The translations under genes and the position numbers were made by a program. The notes under the pieces are model-generated. The model saw nothing but the letters and a program-made list of their open reading frames with translations, ran no database searches and was not told the origin of the DNA. Below are positions 38,226 through 49,760 of a DNA stretch of 64,000 nucleotides, one piece after another. The stretch comes from Octopus bimaculoides (Eukaryota), in contig NC_068987.1 of assembly GCF_001194135.2 (NCBI RefSeq), forward strand, positions 76,905,178 through 76,969,177. The letters are read 5' to 3'. How positions within the stretch are numbered: the stretch's first letter is position 1; the number at the start of each line of letters is the position of its first letter.

Positions 38226-38492
38226 TTCTCTCTCTCTATCACTCTTTCTCTCTCTCTCTCTCTCTATCACACTCTCTCTCTTTCTCACTCTCTCTCTCTC
38301 TCACTCTCTCTCTCTCTCTTTCTCACTGTGCTACAAAATAAACTCAAGTACTTTAACACTTTCAGGATTCACCCAATCTCCTCTCAATTCCCCCATGCTT
38401 CATCATTCCTCTGTTTTCCAGTATGGGTACTAGTTTTGCTTAAACTCTGTACCAAGCTAACTAAAATTTACTTGCTTTCAACCAAAGCAACA

Positions 38493-38540
<48 letters not shown>

Positions 38541-39921
38541 TCTCTCTGTCTCTCTCTTTCCCCCCTTTTTCTCCTCCTCACTTTCTCTCTTCATCACTCT
38601 CAAATGAAACTCAAGTGCAAGAATTGTCACATTCTCCTTATGAGAACTGAAATTACCAGTTCTTTATATGGGTTGATGCAACAGGAAGCAACACTTCAAA
38701 ATATTTAGTTATTCTCTGAACACAGTTCTGGTTTCAATACTTACTACCAAGTAAATTCTAAAACCAGCCAAGGGGCAGGGGATGATTTTAAATCAAGCAA
38801 TAAGTTAGGTATATTATCTAAGGCTCAGTGCAAATCACCTGACAAGCTTCCTTACAGTTTCCATGTAATCAATTCCACACAGATGGTATGAGTTGACCCA
38901 AGTTTAAAACACATGTCCGATGTACTATACGGTTGGTTTGAACCCAGAATGATGTAGCTGTAAGGCAGTACAACTAATCTAAAACTAGATACACAAAGCA
39001 GAGAGCGGCAGGGAGTGTCAGACTCTTAGCATTGTATTTAATGGTTTGATATAACCATTGAAAAGACACTTAGCTATCAATAACCCAGTCCAGCTACGCT
39101 GGGGGATTTATCCATTGAAAGGTTAAACATATTAACAGCAACACTATGTGGTACAGTTCCCGGGGGTAATTAAGAGCACTGTAGAATTTGACAAATACTT
39201 TATTAGCTTGCAGTGTTGGATTTCTTTCTTTCTCTAAGAATAAGATTGGTTTCTTGAAGCTGACATGCTCCTAAAGATACTCCACAAAAAACAGAAGAAA
39301 GAAAATTCTGCAGTAGAAAGTCAACAAAACAATGTGTTATGGACATAATCACCATTACAGAAAGTATTTCATTGTTAGTATCTTCTGTATATATTTGATA
39401 TTATTAAAGATAAATTGAACTACACAGACTGATATAATTTAAACCTGTTCTAAGAACAAAGTTAGATTTCATGTCTTAGCTTTATAGTTTTATATTCTTA
39501 TCCTAGGTTCAAACATGAATGAAAAGCATGAATAAAAACAAATACTTATATATATATTACTAAAATTCATTAAAAGTTAAGAAGGTTAGATTGACTTTTG
39601 AGGAATTTTTACACTGCGATAAGGCCATAAATTTGTAACAGAGAAGTTACAATTGATAATAAAAGTTCTTGTATAAGAGAACTTTATTTCATCAATCATA
39701 GAGAGATACAAGACAAAGTGTTTGGTAGAATTTGAATTCTAAAGAATGTAGATGGGTGTTTTACTGTTTCTGAGACTCGACCACTTAAGAAGTTACAATA
39801 TATCGGAGACCAATCAATATACCATACGTATCTGTGGACTTTCTTTCATCAATCATGGAGAAATGCAAGACAAAGAGAATGTGTGGTAGAATTTGGAGTC
39901 TAGAGAATTTAGACTAAACCA

Positions 39922-40441
39922 GGCATAATGACTGGCATGGTTGTGTGGTTAGGAAGCTCACTTGGCAACCATGTGATTTTGGGTTCTATCCCACTGTGCA
40001 GCATCTTGAGCAAGTATCTTCTACTAAAGCAGAAGACCGACCAATGCCTTGTCAGTGGATTTGGTAAGCAGAAACTCTGTAGAAGCCCACTGTATATATA
40101 CATGCATATGCATTCTTTTATTCTTTTATTCTTTTACTTGTTTCAATCATTTGACTGTGGCCATGCTGGAGCACCATCTTTAGTCAAACAAATCAACCCC
40201 AGGATTTAGTCTTTGTAAGCCTAGTACTTATTCTATTAGTCTCTTTTGCCGAACTGCTATGGGGACATAAACACACAAGCATCGGTTGTCAAGCGATGGT
40301 GGAGGGGACAAACACAGACACACACACAAATATATATATATACACACAATGGGCTTCTTCCAGTTTCCATCTAACAAATCCACTCACAAGTCTTTGATTG
40401 GCCCATGGCTATAGTAGAAGACTTTTACCCAAGGTGCCATG
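39922..40441. mobile_element. SINE A 5' half (+, 39922-40100) abutting SINE A (-, 40105-40441)
   Basis: Direct match to family A in opposite orientations. Confidence 0.85.
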
Positions 40442-40659
40442 CATATATATTCATCAAAGTCTACAAATTGGTTTTGTACTAGGGGTGCAACAGAATGTCA
40501 GGTAACCATTCGATTACGTAACCCTGTGCTCATCAGAGGTAGCCATTATGGATATATAATACTGTACACTTAGATTAATATACTCACTCTACAGACAGAT
40601 ATGCAAACAAAATTTTTCCTTGACAGTTCTTATGGACACTTATGGACTCTTATGGCCTT

Positions 40660-40890
40660 GGTGACAGTGGTGGTCGTAGTAGTAGTAGTGGTGGTAGTGT
40701 TAATGGTGGTGGTGGTAGTAGTGGTGGTGGTGGTGGTAGTATTAGTAGTAATACATGTGGTGGTAGTGGTGGTAGCGGTGGTGGTGGTGTGGTGGTGGTA
40801 GTGGTGGTGGTGGTGGTGGTGGTAGTAGTGGTGGTAGTAGTGGTGGTGGTGGTGATGGTGGTAGTAGTAGTAGTAGTTGTTGTTGTGGTA

Positions 40891-40928
<38 letters not shown>

Positions 40929-40930
40929 CA
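40660..40930. repeat. (GGT/AGT)n trinucleotide field
   Basis: Direct reading of the sequence. Confidence 0.95.
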
Positions 40931-41437
40931 ACAAGTACTTAAGGCAGACATTGCAATCGTATAAGGAGAGGAAATAACCTTTTGTGAAATACCAAATATT
41001 GGGACTATTGTTGACTATTGTTATACACACACCATGTATGGATTGTTTGGTGTGTATCAGTACATGTGTGTGAGAACATGTGTGTGTGCTTATTCATGTA
41101 TGGCATATGTGTGTTTACATTGATGTATGTCAGTATGTGTATGAATGTGTGTATCTGTGCGTGTGTTTGTACATGCATGTTTAGGCGTGTGCTCGCGTGT
41201 AGAGATGTACGCATAAATATGTGTGTGTGTCTGTGTATGTGTGTGTGCGTGTGTGCACGTGTAGATGTGTGCTCATGTGTAGAGATGTATGTATATATAT
41301 ATATATATGTGTGTGAGTGTGTGTGCGTCTATGAGTGTACATGCATATGTATATTTGTGTGTGTGTATAGATGTGTGCATGTGTATTAGTATGTGATGTG
41401 TGTGTGTCTGTGTGTGTGTCTCTCTCTCTCTCTCTCT

Positions 41438-41472
<35 letters not shown>

Positions 41473-41981
41473 TAGAATTGTATAAAGCTGGAAATGCCTG
41501 AAGGCTATTAAAAGTTAAGGAAATTAATAAGGACAGTGGAGAAGAACAGAGATTTGGAGGGAGAAGGTATTGGAAGGGAAAGGGAGAAGAAAGAGCAAGA
41601 GAGAAGGGAAAGAGAAGGGGTAAGCAGTAATAATATAGAGAGAGAGAATAATTAGAGAGAGAAAGCAATCTAAAGGAATGTGAGAGAGAGGGAGGGAGGT
41701 GGTAAGAGAGAGAGAGAGGATGAGGAAGACAAGAGGAGAAGGGAATAGTAATGAAATATAGAAATGAGAATTAGTGAGAGAAAGTATTGATAAAGCAAAG
41801 GGAGGAGGAGAGGGAAAAGGAAAGAGTTAGATAAGAGGGAGGTGACAAAAAGATAGTGGGAGGAGAAGTTAAGTGGGAAGAGGGAGAGGAGAGCAATAAA
41901 TATGGAAAGAAAGGAAAGAGAGAGAAGGAGGGGGTAGAGGGGGAGAGATATGAAGGATAAAGTTGGAGATTGAAGACAAAT

Positions 41982-43195
41982 AGGTACAAGAGTGGCTGTG
42001 TGGTAAGTAGCTTGCTTCTCAGCCTCATGGTTCCAGGTTCAGTCCCATTGCGTGGCACCTTGAGCAAGTGTCATCTACTATGGCCTCAGGCCGACCAAAA
42101 CCTTGTGAGTGAATTTAGTAGACGGAAACTGAAAGAAGCCCGTCGTATATATATATCTTTTACTCCTTTACTTGTTTCAGTCATTTGACTGCGGCCATGC
42201 TGGAGCACCGCCTTTAGTCGAACAAATCGACCCCAGGACTTATTCTTTGTAAGCCTAGTACTTATTCTATCGGTCTCTTTTGTCGAACAGCTAAGTTACG
42301 GGGATGTAAACACACCTGCATCGGTTGTCAAGCGAAGTTGAGGGGGGGGACAAACACAAACACACACATATATGTATACATATTTACGATGAGCTTTTTT
42401 CAGTTTCCGTCTACCAAATCCACTCACAAGGCTTTGGGCGGCCCGGAGCTATAGTAGAAGACACTTGGCCAAGGTGCCACGCAGTGGGACTGAACCCAGA
42501 ACCATGTGGTTGGTAAGCAAGCTATTTACCACACAGCCACTCCTGCGCNNNNNNNNNNNNNNNNNNNNNNNNNNNNNNNNNNNNNNNNNNNNNNNNNNNN
42601 NNNNNNNNNNNNNNNNNNNNNNNNNNNNNNNNNNNNNNNNNNNNNNNNNNNNNNNNNNNNNNNNNNNNNNNNNNNNNNNNNNNNNNNNNNNNNNNNNNNN
42701 NNNNNNNNNNNNNNNNNNNNNNNNNNNNNNNNNNNNNNNNNNNNNNNNNNNNNNNNNNNNNNNNNNNNNNNNNNNNNNNNNNNNNNNNNNNNNNNNNNNN
42801 NNNNNNNNNNNNNNNNNNNNNNNNNNNNNNNNNNNNNNNNNNNNNNNNNNNNNNNNNNNNNNNNNNNNNNNNNNNNNNNNNNNNNNNNNNNNNNNNNNNN
42901 NNNNNNNNNNNNNNNNNNNNNNNNNNNNNNNNNNNNNNNNNNNNNNNNNNNNNGACGGAAACCGAAAGAAGCTCATCGTATATGTGTGTATATGTTTGTT
43001 TGTTACCCCACCATCACTTGACAATCAATGTTAGTGTGTTTATGTCCCCCGTAACTTAGCAGTTCAACAAAAGAAACCGATAGAATAAAGACTAGGCTTA
43101 CAATGGATAAGTCCCGGGGTCGATTTGTTAGACTAAAGGCGGTGCCCCAGCATGGCCGCAGTCAAATGACTGAAACAAGTAAAAGAATAAAAAAA
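41982..43195. mobile_element. SINE A cluster: + 5' half 41982-42150, - full 42155-42548, gap, + 3' half 42954-43195
   Basis: Direct matches to family A. Confidence 0.88.
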
Positions 43196-44200
43196 TAAAA
43201 GAATAAATAGAAAGCAAAGTGGGAGTGGAAACTAAGGAGGGACACAGAGAAAAAAGGGAGGGGTAAGATGAATGGAGTGAAGGTTGGAGGGGAGGGTAAA
43301 GTGTTGAGTAGAGGTATGGAATAGGAAGAATTGGAGATGTGGAGTTCATGTCGAAAGGAGTGGAAAATATGGGAATTAGAATGAAAAGGGAGAAAGAGAG
43401 AGAGAGAAGCTGTAAGAGAGAAAAGCAGAGAGAGAGAGAGAGACTGAATGAGAAACAGTGAGAGAGAGTGGCGGAGGGGGGGGCAATTGAGGGAAAGACG
43501 AAAGATGTGAAGGAATTATTTAAGGATAAAAGTATGAGTTACAGAGGCATTGTACAGACTGTAAAGAATAGAATGGAGGGGGTGGGGGATAGAGGAGATG
43601 CTATAGGTGAAAGAATAAGAGTGAGAGAGAGAGAGGGAGGGAGGGAGAGAAGAGTGAGGGAAAAGGGATGAGAATGAAAAGAAAGGATGAAAGACACTGG
43701 AAAATAAGAGTGGAGGAATGTGTTTTCAAGAGAAAGAGGAAATGGTTTTATACCAATAAAGGTGAAGAGAAGATATATGAATATATATAAAGGGAGAAAG
43801 AGAGAGAAGGGGAGGGCAGGAAGAGAGAGTAATTGATTTGAGAGAGAGAGAGAGAGAGATTAGATGGAAAGAACAATGGTTGAAAGAAAGAGAGAATAAG
43901 TGAAAGTAAGACAGAAGGAGAGAGCAAATAACAGAATGAAAGAAAGGGAAAAAAAAAAAAAATTTTCAAAAGGAAGAAATAATGAAATAAAGGAAGAAAA
44001 ATATGAAGAATAAGGAATGACAACATTAAAATGGGATACGGAAGGATGTAGAAATGGAAAGAGAGGCGCTGGCGGCGAGGAATGGAGGCAGATAAAAGGT
44101 GCTGGAGTGGAATAAAGGAGAGGAAATGAAACGAGATGATGTGAAATGCAATGAAATAGAAGAAATGAAAAAAGAACAATAAAGAGGAAGAGTTAATAAA
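43195..44200. repeat. ~1-kb purine-rich strand-asymmetric low-complexity tract (similar tract 41500-41970)
   Basis: The + strand is overwhelmingly G/A. Confidence 0.9.
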
Positions 44201-44424
44201 AGGCGGTTTTCAAAAACAAAACATTTACGATGGCAACAATAAGAACTACAATATCATTGGATGAGAAACTAGGGAGAATAGTTGATGTTTCTTTCCCAAG
44301 AAACATCAACTAGAGCAATATTGATTTCTAAAACAGGCAGAAGGCCTTAAATTTTAGCGTATGATGAGGTGTATAAGTTGTTTATACCAACCCCTGTATT
44401 TGACTGTTGCTTTATTTTATCAAC

Positions 44425-44760
44425 CAAGAACCAGATTAAAACTCATAGAGGCTCTAAGCACTTAAAAGGTTTTGGTGCCCCGATATGTATAATTCAAAAT
44501 ATAAACAGTAAGAAGCCATGAAATAAATATTTAATCTTCAAAATGAAATGAAGCTAATAGTAAGATGGAAAATAATGTTTATTTTTGTATGTTTCCACTT
44601 TATTTATATTTGGAAAGTTTTCTCCTACTTTTTTTCATTTGCAAAGTCTTTGATCAGATCCTCAAAATTAATCTCATGTAACACATTTGCTTCTATACTT
44701 AGAAGAGATAAGGCATATCGAATGAGTTTAAAGTGCCATAAACCATTTACCATTTCTGTG
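44425..44760 (-). mobile_element. hAT transposon relic (dimerisation-domain C-terminus)
   Basis: Minus ORF ALSLLSIEANVLHEINFEDLIKDFANEKK resembles the hATC C-terminal LLSIE...IDFDD.I..FA motif. A TIR-like GAACCAGATTAAAACTCATAGAGGCTCTAAGCAC lies at about 44428. Confidence 0.6.
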
Positions 44761-45139
44761 GTGCCTTCACTTTTCCTTGATACCCTAAGCACCTGCTTAT
44801 TTTCCTTAATCAATAATCAATGCTGTATCAACCCCCACCAGAAGGATGAAAGAAAAATTTGATGTCACTCATGTGAATTGAAACCAGAGTCTAAAGTTAT
44901 GCTGCTAAACAACACAAATTATAATAGTCGTTGCTCTACCAATTTTGCCATTCTATCAACAGGAGGGTGTACCTTGATACATCTTCACCATCGTCTTCTC
45001 TGCTCCATTCTTCATTTTTCAAAATGGGGCTATCCATGTATCTCCTCCACAGCAAGACACCTGTCCTTCTAATCCTACCTCAACCTCTCATCACTGAGCA
45101 TAAAGTGACCTCCTCCACTACTCGTCATCCAAAATGGTG

Positions 45140-45527
45140 GTGAGCTGGCTGAATTGTTAGAACAACCAGAAAAAATACTAAGTGGAATTTTATCAGTCCT
45201 TATGTTCCAAGTTCAAATTCCACTGAGGTTGACTTTGCCTTTCATCCTTTCAGAATCAATTAAATAAATACCAGTTGAGTACTGGGGTTGATGTACTCAA
45301 CTAGCACCCTCCCCCAAATTCAGGCCTTGTGCCTATAATAGAAAGAATTATTATTATTATTATTATTATTATTATTGTTGTTGTTGTTGTTCAAATTCTG
45401 TCGAAGTCAGCTTTGCCTTTCATCCTTTCAGGGTCGATGAATTAAGTACCAGCCGCGTACTGAGGTCGATATCTAATCAACTGGCCCCCTTCCCAAAAAT
45501 TTTGGGCTGTATGCCTAGAATTGAAAA

Positions 45528-45609
<82 letters not shown>

Positions 45610-45830
45610 ATTGAGGTGGTGAACTGGTAGAATCTTTTGTGTATCAAACAAAAAAAATTGGTTGGGAGCATTTCATTCATTTTTATGCCCAGGGATCAAA
45701 TTCCATTGCGGTTGACTTTGCCTTTCATCCTTTCTGGAGTTGATAAATTAAATACCTGTTGAGCACTGGGGACGATGTAATCAACTTGACCACTCCCTAC
45801 CCCTTGTACCAAAATTCGAAACCAATACTG
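45140..45830 (+). mobile_element. Three tandem SINE family B copies separated by (ATT)n(GTT)n
   Basis: CTTTGCCTTTCATCCTTT cores at about 45233, 45411 and 45716. Confidence 0.88.
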
Positions 45831-45864
45831 GTCATTCTTAGTTGATGGGGGTCTTGTCTTGCTG

Positions 45865-46340
45865 GTGCTGGTATCACGTAAAAAGTACTCAATACACTCG
45901 GTAAAGTGGTTGGCATTAGGAAGCACTTCCATCTGTGGTGACAACGCCAAAGTAGACAGTAGAGCTTGCTGCAGCCCTCTGGCCCAGAAGCTTCTGCCAA
46001 ACGATCCAACCGATGCCAGCATGGAAAAAAATAATATAAATAAAATAAATGCGCTCTTTTAAAGCCTAGCCAGGCTCATGGGCCCGGTTTCCCAGTTTCA
46101 ATGGTGTATGTGTTCCCTAGCTGAATGGGACAGCAGTCCATCGCAGCGTTACTCATTTTGCCAGCTGAGTGGACTGGAGCAATGTGAAATGAAGTGTTAT
46201 GCTCAAGAACACAACGCGTCGCCCGGTCTAGGAATCGAAACCACAATCTTACGATCATGATGCTGACACCCTAACCACTAAGCCATGCGCCTACATGCCA
46301 GCATGGAAAACGGACACTAAAAGATGATGATGATGATGAT
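45865..46340 (+). mobile_element. Family C element split by a SINE F insertion
   Basis: The tail resumes after the insertion as GCCAGCATGGAAAACGGACACTAAAAGATGATG. Confidence 0.8.
46029..46294 (-). mobile_element. tRNA-headed SINE family F with CORE-like central domain
   Basis: Reverse complement AGGCGCATGGCTTAGTGGTTAGG...GGTTTCGATTCC...GTGTTCTTGAGCATAACACTTCATTTCACATTGCTCCAGTCCACTCAGCTG. A 16-bp TSD ATGCCAGCATGGAAAA lies at 46013-46028 and 46295-46310. Confidence 0.88.
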
Positions 46341-47473
46341 GATCACCATGCCATGAGGTAACTTATGTATGGCTCTATCAACTCTGGTATTCCATAACCA
46401 CCACCACCACCACCACCACCACCACCACCACATCTTGAGATGTGTTATTTGGTTCATTGTTCCATCATTTCATTTCTACCATTCGCCCCTACCAAAACAC
46501 CACCACCACCACCACCACCACCACCACCACAACCACCTCCACCACAAGCATTTTGTCATGTAATGGTATAGTATGGTGCTCTACTGAATCTACCAGCTTA
46601 CCACACACCACATAAGATATTTTTGTCAGATCCTCTATCGATTCTGCAAATTTGCTGCGTTCAACAACAACAACAACAACAACAATTTTCTCACAGGGAA
46701 CAAATGAGGGAGCCCCTACACACAGACACACCCAAACACACATGCACATACATATACACACACACACATGCACACGCATACACATGCATATACACACACA
46801 TACACACATACACGTGCACACACACATGCACGGATTTACTCCCACACTCACATACACACATAGACACACATATACACACACACACATATATATACACACA
46901 CACATATATACAGACACACACACACACATATATATACACACACATGCACACTCACATGTACTCACACGCATGCACACACACACATGCACGCATTTACTCC
47001 CACACTCACATACACACATAGACACACATATACACACAAACACACATATATACAGACACACACACACACACATATATATATATACACACACACACACACA
47101 AAAACATTCCGAACGGAGATATAAAAAAAGCAAAACGAGAATGACATATGCATTGTCAGTCATAAGACAGTGATGTAGTAGTGAAAAGGCTACAAGTCAA
47201 ATCAATGCAGTACAACCCATGGTAAATTACTGAAGAGGACATCGTTATCGTCATCACCATCACAACCACTATCATCACCACCACCACAATCACTGCCAAC
47301 AACAACATCATCATCATTATTATTATTAGCATAGCTATCGTCATCTCAACCATCGTCATCATCATTATCATTAGTGTCACAACCATCATCACCACCACCA
47401 CTACCACCACTACCACCACTACCGCTATCATCATTCATCATTATTATTAGCATAGCTATCATCATCACCACTG

Positions 47474-47513
<40 letters not shown>

Positions 47514-47954
47514 TATCATTAGCATCACTACCATCATCATCACCACCACCATCACCACCACCATCACCATCATCATCATCATCATCAATGTCACCACGCC
47601 ACCTCCATCGCCACCACCACCACCACCATAACCACAATAATCACTGCCAAGGAAAACCACCATTTCCGCAATCATAGTTTGCCTGCTACATGAACCCCTT
47701 CATCGATGCGACAAAACAGGGAACTTCCTACTTTATGGTTGCTTGTGGCTCTGCTAGAAATAGCAGGGTGACCAAATCTATCTGAATACTGCCGTGATGT
47801 CTTAAAAAGCAGAAAAATAATAAGGGAGTCATTAAATGATGTAATCTTAAAAATCCACACTATTCCGTTACAACACTTACCTAGCGTATCAAATCATTTA
47901 GAACACCTGTGAGCTAAACCCCCATACTTTGTATATATATATATATATATATAT

Positions 47955-48165
47955 CACCATCATCATCGTCGTCGTTTAACGTCTGCTTTCCATGCTAGCA
48001 TGGGTTGGACGATTTGACTGAGGACTGGTGGAACCTGAAGGCTACACCAGGCTCCAATCTGATTTGGCAGAGTTTTTACAGCTGGATGCCCTTCCTAACG
48101 CCAACCATTCTGAGAGTGTAGTAGGTGCTTTTACGTGTCACTGGCACGAAGGCCAGTCAAGCGAT
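47955..48165 (-). mobile_element. RTE-tailed short element (family C)
   Basis: Near-identical to 18350-18560. Confidence 0.9.
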
Positions 48166-48483
48166 ATATATATGTATGAGAAAGTTGGTATGTGAAAGCA
48201 CGTGGTTGGATGTATAAAAGATAAACAAGAGTGAAAAAACTACAGAAGGCTTGTGTTATATGGTTAAAGTATATATTTAAATTGTTATGTTAGAAAAATG
48301 CCATAAAATTTTGAGTATAGAAACATTGTATTTTGAGAAATAACCGGTTTCGTATTTTCTTTTCAAATTTCTCTACCTGTATCGTAACATGTCTTCACTC
48401 CAAAAAACACAAGAAAAAACAACAACGCGAGGATGTGGTACATGCAAAGTATTAAATGATGCTCAGGGAAGGAAAGAAAGGCT

Positions 48484-48518
48484 GTTTTACGTTTTGAGCA
48501 AAGCTCTTCTTCAGAAAC
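48484..48518 (-). ncRNA. Minimal type-I hammerhead ribozyme motif, second family (G12A)
   Basis: Reverse complement GTTT CTGAAGA A GAGC TTT GCTC AAAA CGTA AAAC. Stem I is GTTT/AAAC, stem II is GAGC/GCTC, the triplet is GUA, and GAAA to AAAA fits CpG decay. Confidence 0.7.
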
Positions 48519-48587
48519 AGCAGAGGAAAGTCCAAGAGAGAAGGAAGATGGAGGAAAAAACTCACCAACAATCCATATGTAGTTACA

Positions 48588-48742
48588 TATGATGGGCTTC
48601 TTTCAGTTTCCGTCTACCAAATCTACTCACGTGGCTTTGGTCAGCTCGAGGCTATAGTAGAAGACACTTGCCCAAAGTAGCACACTGTGGGACTGAACCT
48701 GGGACCATATAGTTGGGAAAAAAGCTTTTTACCAGCACCTAT
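48588..48742 (-). mobile_element. SINE family A, 5' half
   Basis: GATGGGCTTCTTTCAGTTTCCGTCTACCAAATC...GGGACTGAACCTGGGACCAT. Confidence 0.85.
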
Positions 48743-48874
48743 GTATAAATGTTTACTGACACTCTCATTGGAGTCATTAGAATAAAAGTATGAATCTCTA
48801 TTCTGTCCATCTTTCTCTCTGTCTCTCTCTTCCTCACTGTGTGAGTAAATAACTACACATACATGTACACACAG

Positions 48875-48928
<54 letters not shown>

Positions 48929-49389
48929 GAATATGACAACAGTATTATTTGCCTGTCTGTCCATCTGTGTGTAGGGATGTACATAAGCACACATTTCTCA
49001 ATAGAATTGTTAAAGATATTTAGTTAATAAGATACAATTGTTAAAAATAAGGAAATTATTATTATTTTCAAAAGCTTTTGCTTTACAATTTAACTAAATG
49101 CTTCTAATAATCATCTTGAGAACTATATATGAGTCCATCTGCAGACATACATTCACACATACTGTGAAACAGAGAAATGATACTGTCATCACATTCTTAA
49201 GAATGTATCTGTGTACATATGTATATATATATATGTCACATAGAGAAAGGCAAAAATAGAAAGAGACAGGGCAGACAGAAAGGAAGGAAATTTATATTTT
49301 TTCTTCCAATGTAGTAATAAGCTTTTTTTTTAAAAATATCTATTACCACTGTTTTCCCCTTGAGCTCTGCCTATCAATCAGTCAAGCCG

Positions 49390-49390
49390 A

Positions 49391-49462
<72 letters not shown>

Positions 49463-49600
49463 TTGTCTATTTATCTATTGATTCACAAATCTATCCATCC
49501 ATCTATCCATACATCTATTTATTTATCTATTTGTTTGTCTGTCTGTCTGACTATCTATCTATCTATCATCCATCCATCCATCCGTCCGGCTATCTGTCCG

Positions 49601-49644
<44 letters not shown>

Positions 49645-49760
49645 GCTAGCTAGCTATCCATCCATCCATACACCTATCTATCTATCTATTTATCTACCTA
49701 TCAATCAATCTATCCATCTATCTATCTATCTATCTATCTATCTACTTACCCATTTATCCA
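49390..49760. repeat. (TATC)n/(CATC)n tetranucleotide field
   Basis: Direct reading of the sequence. Confidence 0.95.

Noticed and set aside
40500-40540. Minus-strand CTGATGAG followed by CGAATGG
   Set aside because: There is no GAAA box and no stem II.
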